From assembly GCA_045863335.1 (NCBI GenBank), contig BTVY01000059.1, forward strand, positions 1 through 34,353: 34,353 bases of DNA, in the 5' to 3' direction. Source of the stretch: Candidatus Hydrogenedentota bacterium (GTDB lineage: Bacteria; Hydrogenedentota; Hydrogenedentia; Hydrogenedentales; SLHB01). A program made the position numbers and the translations under genes. Of this stretch, positions 7,932 to 19,900 are shown piece after piece. The notes under the pieces are model-generated. The model saw only the letters and a program-made list of their open reading frames with translations. It ran no database searches and was not told the DNA's origin. Within the stretch, counting starts at the first letter, position 1. Each line of letters starts with the position of its first letter.

Positions 7932-9203
7932 TTAGTCGTGGAGGGTTTTGTCGTGGGCCTTGTAGGCTTTGGCTTCTTCGGCGAGGTTCTTGTGTTCGAG
8001 GAAGTGGAGCACTTGTTCGGGGGCCAGTTCGGGCAGCGGTCCTGTGGGGGGAAGGCGTTTCTGATAGGCGGCGATATTTTGCGCGGCGAGGTGCAGGTCG
8101 TCATGGGCGCGCCATGACTCGGCCTGCTTGTACATGAATACGCGGGCGCGTTCGATGAGCGTTTGCGCGAGGGATGTGCGGTCGTGGAGTTGCGCAAACA
8201 ATTGAATCGCGCGGGTGAAGCGGCGCTCGCTGAGAAGGTAGGCGCCATTGGTGCGCTCGGCAATGCCCTGGTCGCGATAGATTTCGCCGGCGTCGAAGAT
8301 GCAGCCGCGGCTGGGATGGTCGGCCGGTTTGTCGCTGAAGTGATGGTTAAGGAACATGCGGCAGGTCTTATCCTGATACTCTTCCCCAGCTTGTTCGAGC
8401 AAGAGCGCAGCAAGCACGAGTGAATTGACCTTCTCGGCGCGAACGAGGCCCTCGTTGATGTACTCCTCTGGCGACTTGTTAAGGATTCCTTTCTGCTGGT
8501 GCATCTCGTTCCACTGTTCCCAGGACAAGGAAAGCCGGTTCATGGATTTCCGAACGAACGTGATATAGCTATCGTTCGGTGCGTTCTTGCCGTCGCTGAT
8601 GCGGGCCAGGGCCTTTTGACAGTCCAGGAGGGCGTCGCGGGCAAGTTCGAGACTGTGCTGAATCTGTTCTTCGACAGTATACTTGCGCTCTACGAGGAAC
8701 TCCGAACCGCGGAGCGTTTGGGGTTGCGCCGCGTGGTCGGTTTGGGCGTTCGCGCTCTCGCCGGCGCTCAGGACGAGTTGGGTGACTTTTAGCAGGAAGA
8801 GGTCGGCGCAATACAAGGGACCTTCCAGACTGCGCTGTACATCGCCGGAGAGCTTGTAGCACTCCATCAATTCGGCGAAACGGCTGCTCATGTTGTTAGG
8901 GCCTATCTGGCCGAGCGTTTGCTCGAGGGCGGTCAGGAAGAAGTCTCCGACGACGGGGTACAGGAGTTTGCGGCTATCCGAGGCGACTTGTTTCCAGAGG
9001 AAATCGTACACCGCGGACGCGACGAAATAGGGGTCGCCGCCTTCCGCGGCGCGGTGCAGCCGTTTGGTGGAAACGAGACCCCTGGAGGAACTTCCCTTCT
9101 TCAGAATTCGCAAGACGACCCGGCGCAACTCATCAGGGATGAAGCTAATGCTCTCGTCGTCGTCCCGGGTCAAGACTAAGGGAATGTGGGTATCTTGATT
9201 CAT
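7932..9203 (-). CDS. Hypothetical protein, helical/TPR-like C-terminal half
   Basis: 423-aa ORF. Helical repeats such as AGEIYRDQG..ERRFTRAIQLF..LAQTLIERARVF. Confidence 0.75.
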   Translation of the reverse strand: MNQDTHIPLVLTRDDDESISFIPDELRRVVLRILKKGSSSRGLVSTKRLHRAAEGGDPYFVASAVYDFLWKQVASDSRKLLYPVVGDFFLTALEQTLGQIGPNNMSSRFAELMECYKLSGDVQRSLEGPLYCADLFLLKVTQLVLSAGESANAQTDHAAQPQTLRGSEFLVERKYTVEEQIQHSLELARDALLDCQKALARISDGKNAPNDSYITFVRKSMNRLSLSWEQWNEMHQQKGILNKSPEEYINEGLVRAEKVNSLVLAALLLEQAGEEYQDKTCRMFLNHHFSDKPADHPSRGCIFDAGEIYRDQGIAERTNGAYLLSERRFTRAIQLFAQLHDRTSLAQTLIERARVFMYKQAESWRAHDDLHLAAQNIAAYQKRLPPTGPLPELAPEQVLHFLEHKNLAEEAKAYKAHDKTLHD

Positions 9204-9334
9204 GACCGCGTCATCGCCTGTACTTCCCTACGATTCTCTATTCGTAATTCTAACTCTTTCCTCGGTTTTGGGAAAGGGGGCGCTTTGCGTACCGCCCAAG
9301 AGCCTCGCGCCGGTCTCAGCAGGAGTCTACTGAG

Positions 9335-9589
9335 TTAGAAGTGAAGCCAGGGCGTGGGGGGGGGAGGCTTATCCTCGCCGACGATATCGGCAAGGTTGAC
9401 TTCCACGCTTTCGGTGCATCCGCATTGCGGGCACCGCCCTAGGCGCATGATCGCGTAGCGTTCGTCGGGGATGATTCGATGGATGCACCGGGCGCAGCAT
9501 TCAAACGTTTCGTTTCGCCAGGGGAAGACGGTGCGGCGAACGGAAGAACAGATACGCCAGAAAGAACTCGAACTCAGGAGACTTGCCAT
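9335..9589 (-). CDS. Small zinc-ribbon-like hypothetical protein (84 aa)
   Basis: CARC...RCPQCG, RBS GAGGA before ATG 9589, extended -10 upstream, and similarity to ORF 2899-3177. Confidence 0.65.
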   Translation of the reverse strand: MASLLSSSSFWRICSSVRRTVFPWRNETFECCARCIHRIIPDERYAIMRLGRCPQCGCTESVEVNLADIVGEDKPPPPTPWLHF

Positions 9590-9619
9590 AGCTTCGTCCT
9601 CGCACCCAGAACGTTTCTC

Positions 9620-9628
9620 AGTATAGCA
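9620..9628 (-). promoter_or_regulatory. Extended -10 promoter element TGcTATACT
   Basis: TGnTATACT about 30 nt upstream of ATG 9589. Confidence 0.55.
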
Positions 9629-9745
9629 CACTTTTCACACTTGGGAAGCCGGCGTTGCGGTGAAGTGGGGAGCGATTGATCCGCGCACAGGTTGTCCGGT
9701 ACGGTTGCCTTCGAAGCCCCGGGTCTGGAGCAGAGAGGATCGAAC

Positions 9746-11173
9746 ATGTCAGACGCCACTCTACCGCGTCGTAGGTTTTTGCAGTCCATTGGTTTAGGAG
9801 CGGCGGCCCTCGCCAGCGGAGGATTCAACGCGTGGGGGCAAGGGGTCTCCGGGAAGCGCCCTCCGAACATCCTGCTTATCGTGTCGGATGACCAGGGGTA
9901 CCGGGATCTTGGCTGCTATGGGAACGGGGATATCCTCACGCCGAACCTTGATGCGCTGTCGCGGCAGGGGGCACGGCTGACGGAGTTTTACGTCACCTGG
10001 CCCGCGTGCACGCCGTCGCGCGGGAGCCTGCTCACGGGAAGATACCCCCAGCGGAACGGCACCTACGACATGTACCGGAATGACAAGGTGGATTACGGGT
10101 ACGCGTATGGGCCGGACGAGTACGCCGTCTCTCCGGAACGGATCCTGGGGATGGATACCCGCGAGGTTTTGCTGCCGCGCATGCTGGAGGCGGCCGGGCA
10201 TGTCAGCGGCATTTTCGGGAAGTGGGATTTGGGTCAACTGCGGCGGTTTCTCCCGCTGCAACGCGGGTTTGATGATTTCTACGGATTCGTCAACACGGGC
10301 ATCGACTACTACACGCACGAGCGTTACGGCGTTCCGTCCATGTATCGCGACAACAGCCCTACCACGGAGGACAAGGGGACCTACGCGACGGATCTGTTCA
10401 CGCGGGAGGCCAAGCGATTCATCCGCGAGCACCGGGACGAGCCGTTCTTCTGCTACGTGCCGTACAACGCCCCGCACATTGCGTCTATCCTCGACAAGCC
10501 GCGCCCCGTGCAGGCGCCTGAGAAGTTCGTGAACCTATACGACGGCGCGAACGACCCGGACCGCCGGCGGAAGGTGCAGCATATGGCGGCGATCACGGCC
10601 ATGGATGAGTCGATCGGCGAGTTGTTAGATCTTCTTAACGAACTTGGTCTGACCGATGACACCATCGTGATCTTCTTTTCCGACAATGGTGGTCACTCCC
10701 TTGCGGACAATGGTCCGCTCCGCGGAAACAAGGGTCAGATGTTCGAGGGAGGTATCCGGGTGCCTTGTGTGATCCGCTGGCCCGGCGTGACGCGGCCAGG
10801 TACGGTATGCGAGTCGTTTTTGACTTCCCTGGAGGTTTTGCCGTCCCTCTGCGCCGGAACCGGCGTCCCGCCTCCGGAGGACGTCGTGCTCGATGGGTTC
10901 GACATGCGCGGCGTGCTCGCGGGAAGTGAGCCGTCCAAACGGACCGAGATGTTCTGGCGAAGGCGAGGGGATCGCGCAGCGCGCGTGGACCAATGGAAAT
11001 GGGTGGATTCCCAACGCGGTTCCGGGTTGTTCGATCTGTCGTCCGACGCAGGCGAGGAGCATGATCTTTCGGACGAGAAACCGGAGATGTTGCAGATGGT
11101 TCGGGATCGGTTCGAGGATTGGGAGCGCCGGATGAACGAGGCCGAACCGAGGGGACCGTTCAGAGATTATTAG
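9746..11173 (+). CDS. Formylglycine-dependent (type I) sulfatase, Tat-exported
   Basis: Tat motif PRRRFLQ, PNILLIVSDDQG, CTPSRGSLLTGRYP, GKWDLG, FSDNGG; RBS GAGG. Confidence 0.95.
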   Translation: MSDATLPRRRFLQSIGLGAAALASGGFNAWGQGVSGKRPPNILLIVSDDQGYRDLGCYGNGDILTPNLDALSRQGARLTEFYVTWPACTPSRGSLLTGRYPQRNGTYDMYRNDKVDYGYAYGPDEYAVSPERILGMDTREVLLPRMLEAAGHVSGIFGKWDLGQLRRFLPLQRGFDDFYGFVNTGIDYYTHERYGVPSMYRDNSPTTEDKGTYATDLFTREAKRFIREHRDEPFFCYVPYNAPHIASILDKPRPVQAPEKFVNLYDGANDPDRRRKVQHMAAITAMDESIGELLDLLNELGLTDDTIVIFFSDNGGHSLADNGPLRGNKGQMFEGGIRVPCVIRWPGVTRPGTVCESFLTSLEVLPSLCAGTGVPPPEDVVLDGFDMRGVLAGSEPSKRTEMFWRRRGDRAARVDQWKWVDSQRGSGLFDLSSDAGEEHDLSDEKPEMLQMVRDRFEDWERRMNEAEPRGPFRDY

Positions 11174-11206
11174 GGCGGCGTGCGCGCGGGGGTGGCGATG
11201 CCGCGT

Positions 11207-14200
11207 TCAGGTGACCAGATCCCGCACCTTGGTTAACAGTTCGGCACTGGTGAATGGCTTTGTCAACAGGGGCACGCCCTTTTCCGGCGCGATTTCCCGA
11301 TCGAGGATATTGAAGTCGTATCCGCTGATGTGAAGCACGGGCAGACCGGGGCGCAGCGTGTGGATCTGTTCCCGGACTTGGCGTCCGCTCAGTTTGGGCA
11401 TCACCACGTCGATCACGCAGGCATCAATGTGGCCGGCATTCCGGTGAAAGGCTGCGACGGCCTCCTCGCCGTTAGCGGCGGGGATCACGCGGTACCCGCC
11501 TTGTTCGAGGATACGGATAGCGAGCATTCGGACCTGGGGATCGTCTTCGGCGAGCAGGATCGTTTGTCCCGATGCGGGAGGGATCGCAGAGGCGGCATCC
11601 TCGGTGTTCTGGTGCGACTCTTCAGGTGTGCGCGGAATGTAGATCCGGAACGACGTGCCGGTACCCAGTTGGCTTTCGACGTGGATAAGTCCGTTGTGGT
11701 TGGTGGTAATCCCGTACACGGTGGCGAGGCCTAAGCCCGTACCTTGGCCGATTCCTTTCGTCGTGAAGAACGGGTCGAAAATACGGTCCATATGTTCGGC
11801 AGGGATTCCGGCTCCCGTATCGGATACTTCGAGGACGGCATAGTCGCCCGGTCGGGCCCATGAATTTTCGCGGCAGAAGGTTTCATCGAGATCTGCGCCG
11901 TAGGTGGCGACGTTGATGTGCCCTCCTACGGTGAGGGCGTCCCGGGCGTTCACGCAAAGGTTGATGAGGATTTGTTCCATCTGCCCCGGGTCCGCACTGA
12001 TGGTCAACGATTCGCGCGGAGGCGCGATGCGTAGCTCGATGTGTTCGCCGATGAGCCGTTTCAGCATCTTGCCCATGCTGGAAACGACTTCGTCGAGGTG
12101 AATAGACTGCAACTGAGGTTCACCCCGTCTACTGAACAATAGAAGTTGGCGCACGAGCGACTCGGCGCGCGCGCAAGCCTGAATCGACTCGCTCAAAAAA
12201 GCGGCCACGGGATGTCCCGCGGGCAGGTCGCTGTGCGCAAGTTCCGTATATCCGCGGATGGCGGTTAACAGGTTGTTGAAATCATGGGCAACACCGCCCG
12301 CGAGTTGGCCGACCGCTTCCAGTTTTTGCGATTGACGGCGTTGGGCCTCCAGTTCGCGCCGCTCCGATTCGGCAACGATTCGGTCGGTGACGTCCCGGTA
12401 CATGATAACGCCGCGGACCTCGCCGTGGGGGTTCACGAATTGGGAACCAATGACTTCGACGTGACGAAACGTGCCGTTGCGATGGCGAATGCGGCATTCG
12501 AGCTTGTTGGGGTCTTTGGGGCTAGTGAACACGAGTTGCAGGCCGACGCGCGCCGCGGGCTGATCGTCGGGGTGAACGTAGTCCAGCACGTTGGTGCCGA
12601 TGGATTCTTCGCTGCCGAATCCCACGACGCGTTCGACTGACGGGCTGACGTATTCAATGATCCCGTCCTCACGGATGGTGGCGACCACGTCCGAAACGTT
12701 TTCGATCAGCGAGCGGAATCGCTCTTCGCTCCGCTGAAGTTCGAGTTCAGCCTTCTTGCGGTCCGTGATATCGCGGGCGAAGGCGCAGATCAGTTTCTGC
12801 CCTTCAAGCTCGTTCATATTCAATGAGATTTCCACGGGGAATCGTGTGCCGTCCTTCCGCTGGTGGAACGACTCGAACCGCAATCCGCCGTGTTGCTTGA
12901 GTTTTGTGTAGATCTTTTGGTGGCGTTCCGCGGGAAAATCGGGATCGATGTCCAGGACACCGCGTTGCAGAAGTTCTTCGCGAGTGTAGCCCAGGGCGCG
13001 GCAGGCGGCCTCATTCACATACAAGAAATTGCCGTCAGGTCCGTACATGTACGCGGCGTCAGAAACCGCTTCGAGGGCGAAGTGGGCCAATCGGGCCGCG
13101 TGTTCGGAGGCTTTGCGGCGGGTGATGTCGCGCGTGGTCAACAGAATCCCGTCGATTCCGGGCCGGGCGATGAGGTTAACGCCAGTGGCTTCGAGGTCGA
13201 CCCAGTGGCCTTGTGCGTGGCGAAACCGGAATTCGGTTGGTGTGTTGGGATTGGCGCGGTGGACGACTTCCTGGAATGCGGTTTTGACGGCCGGATGGTC
13301 GTCCGGATGCACGAAGTCGAGGCCGATCTTTCCGACCAGATCGTCGGGCGCGTAACCAAGTACGCGGGAGCAGGAAGGCGTGATATGCCGGATTCGCACC
13401 TGGTCATCGACGACCCAGATGACGTCGGTCATTTCGTCCAGAATCGCGCGATGCCGTTCCTCGCTTTCTTCGACGACCCGTTGCCGAATTGCACGATCGA
13501 GGGCTCGGGCAAGGTCCGCCGCTGCGATCCGGAGGAAGCCGATCTCGAGATCGTCCCAATGGGCCGCGTTGGCGGCGCGCTCCAGCACCAGGGCGCCGAG
13601 TAAGTCGTCTCCAACGGTGAGCGGAAGAAGGACGAAATGTCCATCCGATGACGCGAACAGGCATCTGCGTGCCTCCGGCAGGCGATCCAGCATGCCGGTT
13701 GGCGTTTCTCCCTGGACGAGCTCGTCGAGCCAGTTTCGAAGGGTTGCCGCATGGGGATCGACGGTGTTTGACACGCATTCGGCCACTTCAGACCGGTGGT
13801 CATTCCAAATGGTGCGGACGACCAGCCGGCCAGGGTCGTCGTTATCGTCTGGGTACACGTACAGGGCGACGCGCGCGGCGTCCGACGTGGATCCGACAAT
13901 TTCGGCGAACCCGCAATAGACGTCCGCCTCGAGATCGGAAAGCAGGAGTTGGGTGGATATGTTCAGGGCTTTCAGGTACCGCTCGCTCTGGGCGCGGGCC
14001 TGCTCGGCACGCTTACGGTCGGTCACATCTGCGAACAATACCAGGAGGCAATTGGTTGCCGCCCGGTAGGCGTGAACTTCGTAGGCTCCGGCGATTTCAC
14101 CGTGATCGTAGTTGACGCGTTCGGTACGCCAGGGATCTCCGGTGGCTAGCACGTTCCGGTATTGATTCGGAACTTCCGTCCCGGCCAGGCCGGGGAACGC

Positions 14201-14401
14201 GGATTCGAGGGCCTTGCCAATGAGTTGCTGATGGTCGATACCGAGGATGGTGTCCGCAGCGCGGTTGGCGCCGACGAATACGAGGTCATCTTCCATGTGG
14301 CGAAGGTACACGTGGATCCCAAAGGGGCATGCGTCGAACCCGGACTGCAAGAACGAGCCCCACTCGTCGTGGTTCTCCGGTACGAGTGAATCTTCCTGCA
14401 T
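11207..14401 (-). CDS. Cytoplasmic multi-PAS/GAF hybrid histidine kinase with C-terminal receiver
   Basis: PAS, GAF-like, 3x PAS, H-box [12 protein letters not shown]-box [41 protein letters not shown]. Confidence 0.95.
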   Translation of the reverse strand: MQEDSLVPENHDEWGSFLQSGFDACPFGIHVYLRHMEDDLVFVGANRAADTILGIDHQQLIGKALESAFPGLAGTEVPNQYRNVLATGDPWRTERVNYDHGEIAGAYEVHAYRAATNCLLVLFADVTDRKRAEQARAQSERYLKALNISTQLLLSDLEADVYCGFAEIVGSTSDAARVALYVYPDDNDDPGRLVVRTIWNDHRSEVAECVSNTVDPHAATLRNWLDELVQGETPTGMLDRLPEARRCLFASSDGHFVLLPLTVGDDLLGALVLERAANAAHWDDLEIGFLRIAAADLARALDRAIRQRVVEESEERHRAILDEMTDVIWVVDDQVRIRHITPSCSRVLGYAPDDLVGKIGLDFVHPDDHPAVKTAFQEVVHRANPNTPTEFRFRHAQGHWVDLEATGVNLIARPGIDGILLTTRDITRRKASEHAARLAHFALEAVSDAAYMYGPDGNFLYVNEAACRALGYTREELLQRGVLDIDPDFPAERHQKIYTKLKQHGGLRFESFHQRKDGTRFPVEISLNMNELEGQKLICAFARDITDRKKAELELQRSEERFRSLIENVSDVVATIREDGIIEYVSPSVERVVGFGSEESIGTNVLDYVHPDDQPAARVGLQLVFTSPKDPNKLECRIRHRNGTFRHVEVIGSQFVNPHGEVRGVIMYRDVTDRIVAESERRELEAQRRQSQKLEAVGQLAGGVAHDFNNLLTAIRGYTELAHSDLPAGHPVAAFLSESIQACARAESLVRQLLLFSRRGEPQLQSIHLDEVVSSMGKMLKRLIGEHIELRIAPPRESLTISADPGQMEQILINLCVNARDALTVGGHINVATYGADLDETFCRENSWARPGDYAVLEVSDTGAGIPAEHMDRIFDPFFTTKGIGQGTGLGLATVYGITTNHNGLIHVESQLGTGTSFRIYIPRTPEESHQNTEDAASAIPPASGQTILLAEDDPQVRMLAIRILEQGGYRVIPAANGEEAVAAFHRNAGHIDACVIDVVMPKLSGRQVREQIHTLRPGLPVLHISGYDFNILDREIAPEKGVPLLTKPFTSAELLTKVRDLVT

Positions 14402-14703
14402 GTACTCAGGCCTCTTCGAATTGCACTTCGGGTCTAGTCGAAACGGCGATCCACCTCCCGTACGGAATTCACGTTCCGTGGCATCCCCGCTCGAGTACTG
14501 GATAGACCATCGATACGTTACGACTCAGTGGAAGCATTGTACACGGAAATCGCAGAAAAGTGAGGAGTATATTTCCGGCGGGGTCGTCGTGGACGCTGCG
14601 CATGCAAACCGCGTGTTGTTCTGCGATTTCGAGTTTCCGCACAACTATCGATGAATCACGAAGTTCCGGTGGGACTTGCGTGGCCGTGTGGGAGATAGTG
14701 GGG

Positions 14704-16995
14704 TTAACTCTGATCGACGACGCTCCGGATACTACGTGCCAAATCAGCGCCGATCACCGGCTTCATGACGTGGTAGCGGACAGAATTATTGTCGCCTGAG
14801 GTGTCCCGGAGGGATTCGGCGAATCCGCTGCACAAGATAATGGGTATGTCGTCGCGAACGGTGCGAATGCGTTTTGACAGTTCAATGCCTTTCATGCCGG
14901 GCATCATCTGGTCGGTAACGACGACGTCGAATTCGGCGGGGTTGGTGGTGAAACGTTCCAAGGCTTTTAGGGAGTTTGTTTCGATCGTGACCCGGTATCC
15001 CAGGCGCTCCAGGGCGGTTTTTGCAAATTCGGCGATAGGACTCTCGTCGTCCACAAGCAGGACGTGTTCGGTGCCGCGCAGGGATCCGATGGGCGCAGGA
15101 GGTTCGCCGGTGGCTTCGCCGGCGAGGACGCATGGCAGCAAGACGGTAAAGGTCGAGCCTTCGCCGGGTTCACTATAGACATGGATGACGCCCTGCAGGT
15201 CGGTGACGATACCGTGGATCGTGGCCAATCCGAGGCCGGTTCCCTCGCCCCGTTCCTTGGTGGTGAAGTAGGGTTCGAAGATGCGCGCCTGGGTTTCTTC
15301 CGTCATACCGTGCCCCGTGTCATGGACTTCCAATCGTACGTATTCCCCGGGGGCCAGGTTGGGGTCTTGTTGTACTTCGTCGTCGCCGATTTTGATCTGG
15401 GAGAGGCGCATTACGAGCTTGCCGCCCGTATCCCGCATGGCATGGTATGCGTTTGTCCCGAGGTTCATGAGAATCTGGTGGATTCCGGTAGGGTCTGCAA
15501 GTACGGGAAGACAACTGTTGTCGATATTCTCGTGAATTTCGATCGTGGAAGGGATGGAGCCGCGTAGGAGCTTGAGGGCTTCGCGCATGATGGATTGAAC
15601 GCGGACGGGGCGGATTTCGCGATCGGTCTGTCGGCTAAACTCCAGGATTTGGGAGATCAGTTCGCGGGCGCGCTGGCTGGCTTTGGCAACTTCAAGCAGG
15701 CTGGAACGCACCTCATTGCAGCCTTCGGGGAGATCGGTCATAGCGATGTCCGTATAGCCCATGATGGCGCTCAGGATGTTGTTGAAGTCGTGGGCGATTC
15801 CACCGGCCAGGGTCCCGATGGCCTCGAGTTTCTGAGCGTGCTGCAACCGTTCTTCCAGCGCAAGCTGCGAGGTCATGTCGCGAGCGACCGCGAGGAAACT
15901 GACAATTTTTCCGTCCGCGTCGCGGACGGGAGAGGCGGTCACGTCCTCGGTGCTTACGGTGCCGTCGGGTTTTTCGATGTGAATGCGGCCGGTCCAAGTT
16001 TTTCCTGAAGTGACGGCTTTCCAGAGGGCACGCAGCACGGAACCGTCGGAGCGTTCGACGAGGAGTTTCCACAGGTTCTTTCCGAGCGTATGTGCCCGAG
16101 GGATACCGGAAACCTGCTCCCACGCGGGGTTCACGTATTGGGTGTAGCCGCGAACATCGGCAATGACGATCGCTTCGCCGGCCTGCTCGATGGCCGCCTC
16201 GAGTTGACGGCGCTCGTCTTCGACGCGTTTGCGGTCCGACACGTCCTCGACGATGGCGAGGATGTACTGTTCTCGAGTCGATGGGACTTCGACGAGGGAG
16301 TGGGTGGTCCGGCACCATACGCGGGAGCCGTCCTTTCTGAGGAGTTCGACCTCGCATGTCGAACCGTCCGCTTCGACGCCAATCGCCTGGAGCCGTTCCC
16401 GTTCCGCGTGGGAACGGAACGGTGGGCAGACAAACTCTTCGAAACGGCGCCCCAGGAGTTCGTGTTCCACGCAGTCCAGCAATTGGGCGAATCGGCGATT
16501 CACACGAAGGATCGATCCGTCGGTCGTCATGTGCGCCATACCCACCGCGGCCTGTTCAAAACTGCTCCGGAACCCGGCCTGACTCTCCGCCAATAAATGG
16601 CGGGTTTTCATGTGGGCATGCATTCGAACGCGAACCTCTTCGAACTGGTATGGCTTGGTGATATAGTCGCATCCGCCACAGTCGTACGCGGTCACCTTGT
16701 TGAAGGTTTCGCCCAGGGCGCTCAGGAAAATTACTGGAATATCCTGATACCTGGGGTCGCGCTTGAGCTGGCGGCATACCTCGTATCCGTCCACGTCCGG
16801 CATGTGGATATCCAGCAGCACGAGGTCGGGAGGAGACGCCTCGACGCTGCGGAGCGCCTGGCGCCCATCGCGTGCCACCCGGACTTCGAAGCCTTGATCG
16901 GCCAGCATCTCGCGCAGCACGCGCAGGTTTTCCGGATTGTCGTCAACGATGAGTACCGTTGACCGGTCCAAATCGCGCGCTTGAGCATCGTTCAT
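14704..16995 (-). CDS. REC-PAS-PAS-HisKA-HATPase-REC hybrid histidine kinase
   Basis: N-terminal REC VLIVDD..LDIHMP..KPY, H-box [18 protein letters not shown]-terminal REC LLVDDE..TDQMMP..KP. Start overlaps the upstream stop (ATGA). Confidence 0.95.
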   Translation of the reverse strand: MNDAQARDLDRSTVLIVDDNPENLRVLREMLADQGFEVRVARDGRQALRSVEASPPDLVLLDIHMPDVDGYEVCRQLKRDPRYQDIPVIFLSALGETFNKVTAYDCGGCDYITKPYQFEEVRVRMHAHMKTRHLLAESQAGFRSSFEQAAVGMAHMTTDGSILRVNRRFAQLLDCVEHELLGRRFEEFVCPPFRSHAERERLQAIGVEADGSTCEVELLRKDGSRVWCRTTHSLVEVPSTREQYILAIVEDVSDRKRVEDERRQLEAAIEQAGEAIVIADVRGYTQYVNPAWEQVSGIPRAHTLGKNLWKLLVERSDGSVLRALWKAVTSGKTWTGRIHIEKPDGTVSTEDVTASPVRDADGKIVSFLAVARDMTSQLALEERLQHAQKLEAIGTLAGGIAHDFNNILSAIMGYTDIAMTDLPEGCNEVRSSLLEVAKASQRARELISQILEFSRQTDREIRPVRVQSIMREALKLLRGSIPSTIEIHENIDNSCLPVLADPTGIHQILMNLGTNAYHAMRDTGGKLVMRLSQIKIGDDEVQQDPNLAPGEYVRLEVHDTGHGMTEETQARIFEPYFTTKERGEGTGLGLATIHGIVTDLQGVIHVYSEPGEGSTFTVLLPCVLAGEATGEPPAPIGSLRGTEHVLLVDDESPIAEFAKTALERLGYRVTIETNSLKALERFTTNPAEFDVVVTDQMMPGMKGIELSKRIRTVRDDIPIILCSGFAESLRDTSGDNNSVRYHVMKPVIGADLARSIRSVVDQS

Positions 16996-19900
16996 TGGTC
17001 GTCCTCCTCGTCGGGGAAAAGTGCTTCGAGATTATGTAAGGCGAATTCCTCAGCGCGCTGGCTGATGAGCGCGGCCAGGCCGGGCGCGGACTCGCGCACG
17101 TCCTCCGCGATCGCGTAGGCTTCGTCGATACTTCCGGTCACGATCGCGTTCCGCAGTTTGTGCCGGACACCTACTGGAAGGTGTCGCAGGGCCCGCCGCG
17201 CCAGGTCAGCAGAAGCAACGGGGTCTGGTCCGGTTGTTTCCACGACTTCGTCTTCGTAGTCGAACTCTACGTTGCCGTGGATACGGATCAGTTCAAACAG
17301 GTCGTTTTCGCGGAATGGTTTCCGGAGAAATGCGTCGGCGCCTTGCGCAAGCACCGCGGCGCGCTCGTCTTCGAGCGTGCTTGCCGTGACCGCGATAATG
17401 CATGCGGGCCGGCCGGACTGGGCGGCGCGCATTTTACCGATGGCATCGCGGCCGTTCATTACGGGCATGACAAGATCGACGAGAACGATCTGCGGTTTCC
17501 AGTCGACGAATGCCCTGACCCCCCGTTCGCCGTCTTCCGCGGCGCGGGTGTTGAACCCCACTTTTTCAAGCAAGCGGCATAGCAAATCGCGGTTCGTTTG
17601 CCGGTCGTCGATGACGAGCACGCGCTGTTCGCCATACCGGGGTCGCAGGCGCTTGACGAAGCAGGCCGAATCTCTCGACTCGACGAGCGACGGGTCGCCA
17701 ATTCCGGCGCGCATCTCGAATTGAAACCGGCTTCCTTTGCCGGGCTCGCTTGATACCGTGATGTCTCCGTCCATCAGCCTTGCGAAACTGCGGCTGATGG
17801 GTAGGCCCAACCCGGTGCCGCCCCGTCGTTGTGCGGTGGGGCCGGCCTGTTCGAAACTTTCGAAAATGGCATCCCAATCGCCCGGGTCGATGCCGCAGCC
17901 GGTATCTTCCACATCAATGTCTAGCGTGACCTCGCCGTTTTGCGCACGCGTGATTGCGGAAGCGCGGATGGTGATGCGGCCGCGATCGGTGAATTTGACG
18001 GCGTTTCCGACCAGATTGACGAGGATCTGGCGGACGCGGCTTTCGTCGGCGACGACATACTGGGGGACATTGGAATCGATGTCCGTGACCAGTTCCACGC
18101 CCTTGCCGTTGGTGCGAACGCGAAACATGGTTTCCAGGTCGTGCAGCAGTGCGTGGAAGTTAAAGGTGGACGGGTGCAGTTCAATTCGACCGGCCTCGAT
18201 CCGCGACATTTCGAGGACGTCGTCGATCAAGGTCAAGAGATGATCGCCGCTGCGGCCGATGGCTTCGAGGGCATGCCGCTGGTCGGGATACTGCCCCAGT
18301 TCCCGCCGCAACAATTGGGTATAGCCGAGAATCGCATTCATGGGTGTCCGGATCTCGTGGGACATGTTCGCCAGGAAGGTGCTTTTTGCCCGGTTCGCGG
18401 CCTCGGCCGACTGTTTGGCTTCCTTGAGGGCGGCCTGGGCGGTGCGCCAATCGGTGACGTCGTGTGTGACGACGAGTGCATGGGTGACGCGACCCGAGGC
18501 ATCGGCACAGGGATACATGGTTACCTCGCAAGATCGTTCACCGCGAGCGGGAAACTCGACGGTTGATTCGTAGGAGACGACTTCTCCATTCAGGCAGCGG
18601 CCAAGATCCGGCCAGATGTGATTCTGGGCGGCCTCGGGTGGCCATACTTCCGAAATTGACTTGCCGATCACATTCTGGCGTTCCATGGACATGGCGGCAC
18701 ACCACGCGGAATTGACGACTTCATAGCGCCCATCGGAATCGATCACACTCATCATGTCGTCGACGGTGTTCACGATGAATTCGTAGCGGAACAGGATGGA
18801 TTCGGCGCGTTTTCGCGCGGTCATGTCCGACCCGACACAGAGGATTTCCTCGATGTTTCCTTTGGGGCCGTACAGGGGGCGGTTCGTCCATGCAACCCAG
18901 ACCCGCTCGCCCGAGCGCGTGATGTTCTCGTTTTCGTTGATGACATATCGATCGGGATCGCGCGCGAGGTCTTCCATGAGCGCGCGCAAGTCCCGGCCTT
19001 GGGATTCGGATTCGGGCACGATGGTGTCGAGTATCTTCTTCCCGAGAAGTTCGCCGCTGGGAAATCCGAAGAAACGTTCGCCGAAAGCATTGATAAACGT
19101 GACGGTGCCATCCGTCTTCATTCGCAGTATGACGCTGTTCGCGCTTTCGACGAGGGTCCGGTAGTCCGATTCGGTTTGGTTTCGCGCCGCTTCGGCCGCC
19201 CTGCGGGAGCGGATTTCCTTTCGAAGACGGTGGTTGTGAAGACCGAACAGCAGGAAAAAGAAGAGCGCGGCGGCGACCGCTGCGACGGTGTAGCGGAGAA
19301 CGCGCTGGGGGCTCAAGCCCGGTTCGACGGACACGCCCACCCATTTCTGGCGAATGGCGTGGGCCTCTTCTTCCGTGATGCTGGCGAGGCCCTTGTTGAG
19401 TATGGAAACGAGTTCCGGCCAGTCATTGCGGACGGCGAAGTGGAGGGTGTTTTCGCCTTGGTCGACCGGGGCGGCGATGCGGATGTTGGTCAATCCGAGC
19501 TTGCGAATCCAGTACGTAATGGTGGCCACGTTTCCGACTGCCGCATCGACTTCCCCGCGAGACACGGCGGCGAGTGTGTCCTGTACGGTATCGAAGAGCA
19601 CGGGGGAGAGGGAGGAATTCTCCACAAGAAACCCGTGGTGCGAAGAGTTCGCCTGTACCGCGACGCGCATTTTCGCCAGGTCTCCGATGCCGGCCACGAG
19701 GGGGGCGTCCACTCGTGTGACGGCAACGCGGTAAAAGGAGAGGTAGGGATCGGTAAACAGGAATCGCTCCGCCCGTTCTTCGGTAGTGGCAACACAGGGG
19801 AGCACGTCCAGTTCGTGGGCCATCGCCAAGGAGGAGGCCTCTTCCCAGGAGCGATCGTGCACGACCTGCAATGCGATGCCGAGCCGTTGGTTGAGCAGGT

